A stretch of DNA of 64,000 nt from Octopus sinensis (lineage: Eukaryota). Under the pieces are notes generated by a model. It did not search any database and had not been told where the DNA came from. It was given only the letters and a program-made list of their open reading frames with translations. Of the stretch, positions 25,838-38,174 are shown piece after piece; the stretch's first letter is position 1; each line of letters begins with the position of its first letter. The stretch spans positions 50,964,001 to 51,028,000 of the forward strand of contig NC_043013.1 in NCBI RefSeq assembly GCF_006345805.1. The letters are read 5' to 3'. A program made the translations under genes and the position numbers.

Positions 25838-26060
25838 ATTATTATTATTATTATTATGATTATTGTTATTATTATGATTATTGTTATTATTATGATTATT
25901 GTTATTATTATGATTATTGTTATTATTATTATTATTATGATTATTGTTATTATGATTATTGTTATTATTATTATGATTATTGTTATTATTATGATTATTG
26001 TTATTATTATGATTATTGTTATTATTATTATTATTATGATTATTGTTATTATTATTATTA
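25838..26060. repeat. (ATT)n-derived minisatellite with higher-order TATGATTATTGTTAT units
   Basis: Directly visible. Confidence 0.9.
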
Positions 26061-26760
26061 AGGTGGTGAGCTGGGACAGTTGCATGCATGCTGGGTAAAG
26101 TGCTAAGCAGCATTTTGTCTGTCATTACGTTTTGAGATCAAATTCCACCAAGATCAACTTTTGCCTTTTATCCTTTTGGTATTGATAGAATAAATACCAG
26201 TAGACTACTAGTGCTGATGTAATTGATTATCTCCAGCCCCTCAAAATTTCAGCCCTATTAAGGGTGGTGAGCTGGTAGAACCATTGGTATGCTGAACAAA
26301 ATGCTTAACTGAATTTCTTCTGGTATGTTGTGAATTCAAATCCAATCCTGAGAGCGACTTTGCTTTCCATCATTTTAGGGTCAACAGAATAAAGTACTAA
26401 TCCAGTACTAGGGTCAGCGTAATTGATTATCTACCCCTGCTAAAACTATTGCCCTTCTGCTGGAATTTGAACCATTATATCATAAGTAGTAGATTGGCAG
26501 AAACGTTGGAGCATTTCTGCCAATAGGCGGCGAGCTGGTAGAAACATTAGCACGCCGGGCAAAATGCTTTGCGGTATTTTGTCTGCCGCTACGTTCTGAG
26601 TTCAAATTACGCCGAGGTCAACTTTGCCTTTCATCCTTTCGGGGTCGATTAAATAAGTACTAGTTAAGCACTGGAGTCGATGTAATCGACTTAATCCCTT
26701 TGTCTGTCCTTGTTTGTCCCCTCTGTGTTTAGCCCCTTGTGGGTAATACAGAAATAAGAA
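26060..26760 (+). mobile_element. Tandem cluster of SINE family B copies
   Basis: Repeated heads GGTGGTGAGCTGG/GGCGGCGAGCTGG at about 26061, 26262 and 26525. Confidence 0.8.
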
Positions 26761-26938
26761 ATGTTTGAGCATCAAAAAAATGCTTTGTATTATTTCTACC
26801 AGTTCTTCACGTACCGAGTTCATATCCTGATAACATCTCTTCAGGATCAACCAAAGAAAGACAAGTACAGGGCCCAATAGTACAGACTAATCCCTTCTCC
26901 TAAAACTGTTGGTCTTTTACTTAAATTAGAAACAATTA

Positions 26939-27343
26939 GGCTCAGGAGTGGCTGTGTGGTAAGTAGCTTGCTAATCAACCACATGGTTCCAGGTTCAGTC
27001 CCACTGCGTGGCATCTTGGGCAAGTGTCTTCTGCTATAGCCCCGGGCCGACCAATGCCTTGTGAGTGGATTTGGTAGACGGAAACTGAAAGAAGCCTGTC
27101 GTATATATGTGTATGTATATGTGTGTGTGTGTGTGCGTGTGTGTGTTTGTCCCCCTAGTATTGCTTGACAACCGATGCTGGTGTGTTTATGTCCCCGTCA
27201 CTTAGCGGTTCGGCAAAATAGAGACCGATAGAATAAGTACTGGGCTCACAAAGAATAAGTCCCGGGGTCGATTTGCTCGACTAAAAGCAGTGCTCCAGCA
27301 TGGCCGCAGTCAAATGACTGAAACGAGTAAAAGAGTAAAAGAG
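26939..27343 (+). mobile_element. SINE family A full-length copy
   Basis: Head GGCTCAGGAGTGGCTGTGTGG through tail (AAAAGAGT)n. Confidence 0.85.
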
Positions 27344-28209
27344 TAATTATTATTAGATTGAATCAAAAGTTTTGCAATATTTTGGCAACTTATTTGCTTT
27401 ATTCGTCAAACTCCAACGAAAACAGCCAAGCGCTCAAAAGTAGAGGCCACTGTATTGCACAGTCTGAAGCTACCTTGCTAGCAGTTCTTTGATCCCTCAC
27501 TGATACCAGGAGATGGAAGTTTCCTTCACTGAAACTTCCACCTCCTCTTGTGAATGAAGCATCGCAAGTACGGGGTCAGGCACTGGTGATCTGTCAGGAC
27601 CAAAAGCAATGAGCTGGGTCTGGACTTGCGTAGTTCAATGTTTTCTTTTTGCCCTAACAATCCTGTTCTGTCCATTGGAGGTGGAGTTGATGTAATTGGC
27701 CTAGCCTCCTGCCCCGAAATTTCTGGCCTTCTGCCAAAATTTGAAACCATTATTATTATTATCATTATTATTATCAATATTATTATTATTATTATCATCA
27801 TCATTATTATCATCATTATTATCATCATTATTATTATCATTATTATTATTATTAAGGTGGTGAGCTGGGACACTTGTATGCATGGGGCAGCTTTGCCAGG
27901 TAGGGCTGTCTTGTGTTTCTCAGGTGTCAGGGTTCGTCCCAAAGCTCTTCAGTAATGCCTTAAATGTGTCCTTGAATCCTTTTTCTGTCCCCCTTGCATG
28001 TGCTTGCCTTCCACCAGTTCACTATAAAACAACCTTTTGGTTGGGGATTGTGTGTCGGGCATTTGAACAAGGGACTAACCAACACTGCTTGGTCAAAGTT
28101 GGCCTCCGGGTGAGTAACAACAGTGACTCCTAACAAGAACATCTTGATTACCTCCTGCCTCATGTATTCTCCTGGAAATCAACCTGTTCTTTCTGTTTTC
28201 TTCTTCCAG

Positions 28210-28392
28210 CAACAAGGATGTGCCACGACTCTGTATTGTGCCGCGGTGCCAGAACTACAAGGAATTGGTGGAATGTATTTCAACAATTGTTGTCGATGTC
28301 AGCCTTCAGAAAAATCAGGAGATGTTAAACTTATCAAGAAATTGTGGGAAATTAGTGTTAAGATGCTCAATGACCGCTCGTTTACTTGTTAA
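28210..28392 (+). CDS. WWOX: WWOX terminal coding exon (equivalent to human exon 9)
   Basis: ttttcttcttccag|CAA; [60 protein letters not shown] with TAA ending at 28392. Matches WWOX [30 protein letters not shown]. Confidence 0.95.
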   Translation, partial: [60 protein letters not shown]

Positions 28393-29172
28393 TTAACAGG
28401 TTTCTTTCCATCAATGATTATGGGTATCGGATCATTTTTTTTTTTGTTTTATATAATTATTTTGTTATTTTATTTAACTGCTAACGGGTTTGTAGTAGTT
28501 TTGTGCTAAATTATATATCGACATACAAGAGATTATCACAATGTAAGTAATTTTGATCTACACACACACATGCATACCTATATACACACACGCATACACA
28601 CCTATAAACAGACCTATGCACACACACACACACACACACACACACCTATAAACAGACCTATGCACACACACACACCTTTACATGCACACACACCTATAAA
28701 CACAGTTATGCACACAAACATCTATACATACACACTTCTATATACACACACACCTATAAGCACACCCATGCACACACACACACTATACACACATACACAC
28801 ACACATACGCATGCATACATACGTATATGTACACACAATATAGACATGTAGTGCAACACCCATTACCCAGCCACACTTATTGTTGCACACACACACACAC
28901 ACACACACAGAGGCACATACTCTTGCACTCACATATTCACATTCTCACTCCATCTCATTTACCTACCTGTATCACCTGGATACACAACCTGTTAAGGGAG
29001 ACATTGAATGACAAAAGATAAATCAAATGACACAATTAATACTTGAGGTATTTTACATACAAAAACCAGTGAGAAATTATGCCTGAGTGTGTGGGTTCAC
29101 ATCCTCCTCTCGTCTGTGTTGTTTGAAAGGTTAACTTTTCTTAAACACCTTGTTTATTGCATGTAAGGCTGT

Positions 29173-29211
<39 letters not shown>

Positions 29212-29250
29212 GTTTTAGCCACATACTTACGTATGCCCCCATCTCCACAG

Positions 29251-29332
<82 letters not shown>

Positions 29333-29352
29333 ACACACACACACTCAGAGTT

Positions 29353-29670
29353 GAGGTGCAATGTCCCAGTGGTTAGGGCAGCAGACTTGCAGTTGTAGGA
29401 TCACGGTTTCAATTCCCAGACCGGGTGTTGTGAGTGTTTATTGAGTGAAAACACCTAAAGCTCCACAAAGCTCTGGCAGGGGGTGGTGTCGAACCCTGCT
29501 GTACTCTTTCACCACAACTTTCTCTCACTCTTTCTTCCTGTTTCTGTTGTACCTGTATTTCAAAGGGGCCAGCCTTGTCACACTCTGTGTCACGCTGAAT
29601 CTCCGTGAGAACTACGTTAAGGGTACACGTGGCTGTGGAGTGCTCAGCCACTTGCACGTTAATTTCACAT
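29353..29670 (+). mobile_element. tRNA-derived SINE family C
   Basis: Head GAGGTGCAATGTCCCAGTGGTTAGGG...GGTTTCAATTCCC (A/B boxes). Related heads at about 16105, 54313 and 61845 (minus). Confidence 0.7.
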
Positions 29671-31607
29671 ATATATATACATATATACACATATATACAT
29701 GCATACATATATACACATACATACATGCATACTTATATACAGTTCGTAACATAGCAGTTCAGCAAAAGAGACCAACAGAATGAGTACAAGGCTTAAAAAA
29801 AGGAATTACTTGGCTTGATTCATCTGACTAAAAATTCTTGAAGGTGGTGGCCCAGGATGGCTGCACTCTAATAACTGAAACAAGTAAAAGATAGAAGGTA
29901 TGTGTGTATGTAGTTAGGCTTAAAAGAAAATAAGTCCTGTGGTCAATTTTTTCAAGTAAAATTATATGAGGTAGTGCTCCAGCATGGCCACAGTTAAATG
30001 TTTCTACATCTGTACAAAAATAAAATTATATAATAATAAATGTAGGAGTGGCTGTATGGCAAGAATCTTTTTTCCCAACCACATGGTTCTGGGTTCAGTC
30101 CCACTGCCTGGCACCTTGAACAAGTCTTTTTCCTGTAGGCTCCGACTGGCCAAAGCCTTGTGAGTGGATTTGGTAGACAGAAACTGAAAGAAGCCTTGTG
30201 TGTGTGTCCCAACCACTTTGTCAACTGGGATTGGTGTGTTTGCATCCTCAATGTAGTGGTTTGGAAAAAGAGTGATGGAATAAGTACCAGGCTTAAAAAA
30301 GAAGTGCAGAGGTCAATTCATTTAACAAAAATTCATGGTACCCCAGCATGGCCACAGTCTAATGATGGATAAAGATAAAATATATAACCCATCATAATTT
30401 CAAGAAGGTATTGAAACCCCCCCATGCTAAATACTAAGTTATACCTTACCACAAAGCCACCGAAGCAGCTCTTATTTCAAGCATAAAAACGAAGTAATTA
30501 AATCGATTTTTATTATTGATCAGACACTGTTATAGATTTAAGTATCTCATTTTTTTGATAGACATTAATGGGGGGGGGGGGACCCAGTAGACTCATTAGT
30601 AAAGGTGTGTGTAGATGAACAGTGTGAAGTGGGATCCTGAACAAGCTAGTCCTGGGGGTTCAAGGGTTCAGATCAGGATGTAGGTAAGATTTTTTTTTTT
30701 GTTTCTTTTATCAAGGATGTCAAAAAAAAAATTAGTTGCAGATAGAGATTGAAACCTCTATCTTCATACAAGATTATTAAATTACCAATACCTTTACCGA
30801 TTAGGCCATCAAAGCAACAACTTAGAAAGCAGCTTAAAAATGAGATATTTAAATCTATTTTCATTATTGATTTGATGCTGTGATAAATAGTGTGATAGGA
30901 CATCCTGCATAATCTGGTGCTCGGTTCAAGTCAGTCCAGGGTGTAAGATTTGTCTAAATTTTTTTTTTCTAAATCTACAAAAGTTTAAAAATAAAAACAC
31001 TTTAACAGTAGTTCTGAGTAGAGATTGAAACCTCTATCATCTTACAATGTTATTGATGTTAATTATCAACACCTTTATCCAGGGGACCATCTCAGCAGCA
31101 ACAAGTACAAGCTTAAGAGTGGGATATTTGAATCTGTTCACATTAATGATCTTATGCTGCGATAGATTTAAATATCTTGGTGGGTTAATGGCATGGTGAG
31201 GCAGAATAACAGCTTAGATAGAAGATTCTGTCCATGGGTTCAATACTGGGCAGAGTGGAAATGAAAATTGTAGGTCTTCCTTTTTTTTTTATGCCTAGAT
31301 AATTTTTTTTTTTAATGTTAAACAAGCATTTTATAGGACAAATTGAAACCTCTACCCATCTATCGTGGTTACTTACAGACCAGCTTTCATTCTAACCAAA
31401 GTCTTGTAAGTGGATTTTGGAGACCAAAACTGAAAGAAGCCCTTCGTGTATACACACACGGGCAAAAGAAAAACATTTTTTTATGCCAATATGCTGAAAA
31501 ATAGACCTTGGGTCGTCTAACCACAATACTTTTTACTATAATTACACAGCATACTGAAATGAGGAAAGTAAGCGAACAGAAATTTTAAAAAATTCTTTTA
31601 TCCCCAA

Positions 31608-31658
31608 ATTGGACTGATTTCTGGATTAATCCAAATGGATTCTTCCTTCGTCAGTAAT
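31608..31658 (-). ncRNA. Degenerate minimal hammerhead ribozyme motif
   Basis: Minus: AUUA-CUGACGA-A-GGA-ag-AAUCCA-uu-UGGAUU-aa-UCC-a-GAAA-UCAG-UC-CAAU; abuts (TA)n. Confidence 0.55.
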
Positions 31659-31794
31659 ATATATATATATATGTGTATGTGTATATATATATAAAGTTAA
31701 TCCAAACAAGAAAACAAAAACAAAAAACAACAACGCAAGGATGTGGAACAAATAAAGTATTATTGGATGCTTAGGAAAGAAGGGAAGAAGGAGG

Positions 31795-31829
31795 GTTTGA
31801 CGTTTCGAGCGGAGCTCTTCGTCGGAAAC
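31795..31829 (-). ncRNA. Minimal type-I hammerhead ribozyme motif (U4C core variant)
   Basis: Minus: GUUU-CCGACGA-A-GAGC-ucc-GCUC-GAAA-CG-UC-AAAC. Stem I GUUU/AAAC, stem II GAGC/GCUC, palindromic ACGU stem III, GUC cleavage triplet. Lies in a ~180-bp insert between two (TA)n tracts. Confidence 0.7.
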
Positions 31830-31868
31830 ATAGGAGAAGGAAAGATCCAGAGAAGGGAAGACAGGGGA

Positions 31869-31899
<31 letters not shown>

Positions 31900-33008
31900 T
31901 CTGTCTGTCTGCTGCCTGTCTACCTGTCTGTCTCTCTATCTATATATCTTGTCTGTCTATCTGTCTGTCTGCCTTTCTATCCATCCATTCATCTTTCTGT
32001 CTGTCTGTCTGTCCGTCTACCTTTCTCTTAACTCAGTTATTTGATAAAAGCAATAAATGAAATAACAGAAAGAAAGAATTGTTGTTGTGATGGTGATGGT
32101 GGTGGCAGTGAAATGATTAGATCGATTAAAATCCATTCAGAGCAAGTGATCCAGCATGGCCGTAGCCTAGTGACTGAATGTGGCTTGAGAAAAATAAACG
32201 AAAGGTAAGGAAAAGGAAAGAAGCAGACTGGCTGTGTGGTAAGAAGCTTGCTTCCCAACCACACGTTTCCAGGTTCAGTCCCACTGCATGGCACATTGGG
32301 CAAATGTCTTCTACAATAGCTCTGGTCCAACCAAAGCCCTGTGAGTGGATTTGGTAAACGGAAACTGAAAGAAGCCTGTTGTATATATGTGTGTGTGTGT
32401 GTGTGTCTGTTTGCTTTCCACCACCACCACCACCATCGCTAAACAACTAATATAGGTGTGTTTACATCCATGTAACTTAGCAGTTCAACAAGGGACCGAT
32501 AGAATTAATATTAAGGCTTACAAAAAATATAGTCCTTGGGTCAAGTTATTCGACTAAAAAAAAAACCCCATTTAAGACGGTGCTCCAGCATGGCCGCAGT
32601 CAAATGACCGAAACCAGTAAAAGAATAAAAGAAAAGAATATATACATATATATATATATGTATATATATATAACAGAAAATAAAGGAAACAAAACAAGCT
32701 ATAATACAATAACAGGTGGTAGAACTTGAGGAGGTAAAAACTTTTATGTCCATGAACTTTTAAAAAAAAGCTATTATATTCGTAGACCTCTTACAGAGAA
32801 TTAAACCTCCTTGTGCTCCAATAACTTTTATTGTATTTTACCATGTTTTTTTATTATTTCATTTTCTTTGTTTACTTTTTCTAACCTCTCCTAACGGTGT
32901 CATCCTGTTATCTTACTGTACTGTAACCATATTGCCTGAGGTACATAAACATTGTATTTATACAAACATAACCCATGCTAGCATGGAAAGCGGACGCTAA
33001 ATGGTGAT

Positions 33009-33028
33009 GATATATATATACATACATA

Positions 33029-33060
<32 letters not shown>

Positions 33061-33196
33061 CATACATACATACATACATACACATACATACATACATACA
33101 TACATACATACACATACATACATACATACATACACATACATACATACATACATACATACATACATACATACATACATACATACATACATACATACA

Positions 33197-33232
<36 letters not shown>

Positions 33233-33556
33233 CACATACATACATATATATACACATACATACATATATATACACATACATATATATATACACATATATA
33301 TATACATATATATATACACATATATATATACACATATATATATATACACATATATATATATACACATATATATATATACACATATATATATATATACATA
33401 TATATATATACACATATATATATACACATATATATATATATACACATACATATATATATACACATACATATATATATATACACATACATATATATATATA
33501 CACATATATATATATATACATATACATATATATATATGTACATATATATATACACC

Positions 33557-33588
<32 letters not shown>

Positions 33589-33686
33589 ACATATATATAT
33601 ATATACATATATATATATACATATATATATACATATATATATACACATATATATATACACATATATATATACACATATATATATAT

Positions 33687-33727
<41 letters not shown>

Positions 33728-33872
33728 TACACATATATATACACATATATATATATACACATATATATATACACATATATATATACACATATATATATAC
33801 ACATATATATATACATTATATATATATACATATATATATATACATATATATATATACATATAATATATATAC

Positions 33873-33903
<31 letters not shown>

Positions 33904-34014
33904 CATATATATATATACACATATATATATATATACATATATATATACATATATATATATACATATATATATATACATATATTATATATACATATATATA
34001 TATACATACATATA

Positions 34015-34046
<32 letters not shown>

Positions 34047-34132
34047 CATATATATATAAACATACATATATATACATACATACATATATATATACATACA
34101 TATATACATACATACATATATACATACATACA

Positions 34133-34164
<32 letters not shown>

Positions 34165-34263
34165 CATACATACATATACATACATACATATACATACATA
34201 CATACATACATATATACATACATACATACATACATACATATACATACATACATACATACATAC

Positions 34264-34304
<41 letters not shown>

Positions 34305-34435
34305 CATATACATACATATATATACATACATACATATATATACATACATACATATATATACATACATATACATACACACATACATATATATACATACATA
34401 TACATACACACACACATATATATACATATATATAA
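33009..34435. repeat. 1.4-kb compound (TACA)n/(TA)nCA microsatellite
   Basis: Directly visible; explains the 223-479 aa low-complexity ORFs. Confidence 0.97.
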
Positions 34436-34645
34436 AGTGTCTCAAATCAGGAGATTGGACACATTTTGATATATAATTATCTCGCAAACAATATTTCCTG
34501 AATGTTCAGACTCTTGTGCATACTTCACATAAATATGACATCTACAGACGAAATCAAAAAACAAATACTGGAATAAGCAGATGTCCTTAAGGAGGACACA
34601 GCTTGGATTTTAACCATGCCTGCATTAATATATGTTTTGCTTATA

Positions 34646-34850
34646 AGGTGGCGAGCTGGCAGAGACGTTAGCATGACGGGCGAAATGCTTAGCGGTATTT
34701 CGTCTGTCGTTACGTTCCGAGTTCAAATTCCGCCGAGGTCGACTTTGCCTTTCGGGGTCGATAAATTAAGTACCAGTTACATACTGGGGTCGATGTAATC
34801 AACTGGCTCCCTCCAACAAAATTTCGGGCCTGGTGCCTAGATTAGAAAAT
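34646..34850 (+). mobile_element. SINE family B copy
   Basis: AGGTGGCGAGCTGGCAGA...GAGTTCAAATTCCGCCGAGGTCGACTTTGCC...AAGTACCAG. Confidence 0.8.
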
Positions 34851-35650
34851 ATATTTTAGCTTATTCGTGGCTGAATGTGATGTCTTGTGGTTTTTCCAAG
34901 AAACTTGGTAAGCAAGAAAAAAAAAAAAAAGAAAAAAATCAGGCTTCCTGATAACTGGACCCTGGGACCAAGTTTTACTTCTTGCTTACTGTTCTTTCTG
35001 ATTTTCTTTTGTTTTGATCATTCTATTAGAGAAAGGCATGAACGCCACACAATCTAAACTCACCCTGTTTTTAAATTCTATGGTCCCTGAATGTGTCCTT
35101 GAGCAAGACACTTTTTTATACATTGCTCCAGACCACTCAGCCCTAAACGAGTACCCTGAGAGCTACGTTAAGGGTACACGTATCTGTGGAGTGCTCAGCC
35201 ACTTGCACGGTTAATTTCACCCCCCAGCAGGCTGTTCCGTTGATCGGGTCGACTGGAACCCTTGTCATCGTCATCGATCGAGTACCAGTTATCATTATAT
35301 AGAACTTTCTAAATGTTAGGAAATGCATAAACAACTTTACTGCTACTTTTATTCACAGATGCAAACCTAAGCAAAGAATATAATTAAAACCTCAATATTT
35401 ACAGAAATTATTCGAACAAACAAACAAACGATTGTCGAAACTTCATTGCATTCCCTGATCGATTTGGATTTCTTTTGATTCCATTAATTCCTACTCCATT
35501 AATACTAAACATTCTTCTAATGATGTTAATAACGATGATGTCTCATTAAAATAATTTACATAATATCTCTGTCTTCTTGTTCTTATTGTTAGAATTGGCG
35601 TTGATGCTATTGTTATTATTATTAGTGATTTGGTTTTCAGCCTTACTACA

Positions 35651-36508
35651 CGAGGAGGTACCCAAAAGAAACCGGAATTTCACAATATTATTTTATTCAC
35701 TTAGTTTTACATGTTTACACTTTTATCGCCTTCGAAGTATTCTCCATTTGAAGCAATGCATCGGTTCAGATGCATTTTCCGCTTTTCGAAGCAGGGTTCG
35801 AACTCTTGCGAAGTGATGCCTTTTAACGCCCCCGTCGGGTTTTCTTGACCTCTTTCACTTCTGCAAAGTCCTTAGCACTAGTTTTCGTCACCAATGATGA
35901 CCTTCGATAAAATATCCGGATCAACTTCCAACTGTTCTTTCAGTTCACGGCACGCATTCAGCCGTGACTGCTGCTTATCTTCTGTGAGCAAGCGAGGCAC
36001 AAATTTCCCCACAACTCTTTTCATTCGCAATTCCTCGCTCACAATTCGTTGGCAGGAGTTCCAGGACAGTCATATCAACACGTTCGTCAATTGTTGGTGA
36101 TGGTCTCCCCAAGATGAGTTCATGAATTTCCATGATGTTTTCATTCGATCGGGAGGTCGACGGTCGTCCTGATCGAGGTTGGTCTTCAGGCGACAAGAGA
36201 CCATTCTTAAAGCGGGAAAACCACTCGTAAACCTGTGTTTTGTTCATGGCAGCGTCTTTGTAAGCTGTTTGAAACAGAAAAAAATTTCACAGAAGCACGC
36301 TTTTCCTTCGTTTCAACCATCTCAAAAATCGACGAAAAAGGATTTGCTAAGCAAAGACTCACGCCATAGCGGTAGGACTATACTCGACGACACCAGTCGG
36401 CATACTGATGCCTGAGGATTGCATCAAGTGGCTTCTAGTGGCGGAAGCCTGAACTACAACGGGCTTATCCCATAGAGAGCGTTTCCGGTTACTTTTGGGT
36501 ACCCCTCG
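35651..36508 (-). mobile_element. Internally deleted mariner (Tc1/mariner) DNA transposon
   Basis: TIRs CGAGGAGGTACCCAAAAGAAACCGGAA and TTCCGGTTACTTTTGGGTACCCCTCG|TA. Minus frames give VYEWFSRFKNG...EDQPRSGRPSTS, KFVPRLL, GDE, then jump to C-terminal RCIASNGEYFEGD; most of the catalytic domain is missing. Confidence 0.9.
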
Positions 36509-36679
36509 TATAATTTTTTAATTATTATTCTCCATCACGATTGGTGAGTAACAAAATAATTGGTTTCAGATTTCCTGTGAACCAAACACTGGTCCATGAC
36601 ATTTTTGACCATGAATAGTGACAAGGAAGTGTCTGTGACTTGGTGCAAAACAAACATACCAAGGTACTTTATTTGGAAA

Positions 36680-37200
36680 CTGTTTACCTGCTGGGTGTGC
36701 AGTGTAAGTCGACATATGTGACAGTGTGATATCGTGCTGAGAGAAAAATTAAGCATAAGAGGAATTAGATACAGTGAGAAAGAAAGGAAACTGCTCTGGT
36801 TTGGTCATGTGATGCGGATGGCTGCTGGTAGCACCGTAAAGAAGTGTCTATCACTCAAAATGGTTCGAACTTGTGGAAGAGGGAGACGCAGAAAGACATG
36901 GGACGGCGTACAGTAGGATGACCTGCGGACATTTAACCTTATGGAGGAGGTGCCAAAGGACTGATATATCTGGCCCTTTGCTGTACTCAAGCAGTAGAAG
37001 TGTTAAGGCCACTCCCTCCCTACTGAGGCGGATTGGCCTGCAAGATCACTGTCGGTGCCACACTTAAAGCACTCTATGCCGGTGCCACATAAAAGCGCTC
37101 GTGCTGGTGCCATATTAAAAGTACCCTACGCACACTGTAAAGTGGTTGGCATTAGGAAGGGCATCCAGCTGTAGAAACCAAGCCAAACAAGACCGAACGA
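36680..37200 (+). mobile_element. RTE LINE 3' end (ORF C-terminus plus repeat-containing 3' UTR)
   Basis: LREKL...LLWFGHVMRM...GRGRRRKTW followed by tandem GGTGCCAC..AAAAGC units and GGTTGGCATTAGGAAGGGCATCCAGC, linking the tail-element family to an RTE. Confidence 0.75.
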
Positions 37201-37246
37201 TAAAAGGTTGATATATATATATATGTATGTATATACACACATACAC

Positions 37247-37398
37247 AATCAAAATAATCAACAAGGATATCCAAGGTAGTGTGGTACAATTGTTTCATGC
37301 TACTTCATTTTATTAAACATGAGACGGCGTAATAAAATGAAGTAGCATGAAACAATTGTACTACACCACCTTGGATATCCTTGTTGATTATTTTGATT
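37247..37398. repeat. Foldback: ~69-bp inverted arms with 14-nt loop
   Basis: 37247-37315 is the reverse complement of 37330-37398 with about 3 mismatches; sits between (TA)n tracts at about 37211 and 37497. Confidence 0.92.
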
Positions 37399-37494
37399 AT
37401 AATCACACCATTTGATTTATATGGATAATACCATACAAAATTCTGGTGCCTTTAACTTAAGTACCATTTTCATCTGAATCTAAATTTTGCTGAA

Positions 37495-37527
<33 letters not shown>

Positions 37528-38174
37528 CAAGTGACCTGATCCGAGATCGTGTGCTGGAACGAAAACAATTACAGCGTGGAAGGTGTTTATAAGCCATTTA
37601 AGAAACACACAAAAACTGTTAGATTCACTTCAACATTTAAATTTAATTTGCCAAAATATTTTCGTCGCTTTGAGACGTTAGGAAGCCATAACGTTAGGAA
37701 GACAACTTCTTATTCACACAGCCACACTTGCTTCGAACATTTTTAGCTTTGATATGAAATTTTTAGCTTTCATACAAACATATAAATATATTTTAGTGTG
37801 TGTGTATGTGTGCGAGCCCGCATGTGTGTAGAGCAAACCAAATCATTTAATTATTTCTCTTTTAATTATAATCTCTCATATACTTAAAATAAAATAAACC
37901 GTTTTAATTAGTGAAGTATGATATCCAAACGGATTTCGTTTCACATTGACATTTAAGACTAATTATTAATCAGTCAAAGTTCAAAACCACCAGATTATGT
38001 CAGGTTCTTTTGATGTCGGTTTTTCAGTATTAACCACTCAAACTTATTAGAAAGTTGTCTGATAGGCTTACAGTCACCATGGTCCTTAGTTATCTGGGTT
38101 AATTCAGCTTTAGAAATATCTATACATAATACTTGAAAATTAGTCTCAACCTATAAACTTTTCCAATAAACTCT

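Noticed and set aside
27925-27958. Minus-strand CUGAAGA...GAAC hammerhead-like string
   Set aside because: GAAA box altered and stem II does not pair.
32908-34487. Long ORFs of 223-479 aa (and similar YIYI/HTHT/IIII ORFs elsewhere)
   Set aside because: Translations of (TA)/(TACA)/(ATT) microsatellites that happen to lack stops; no coding signal.
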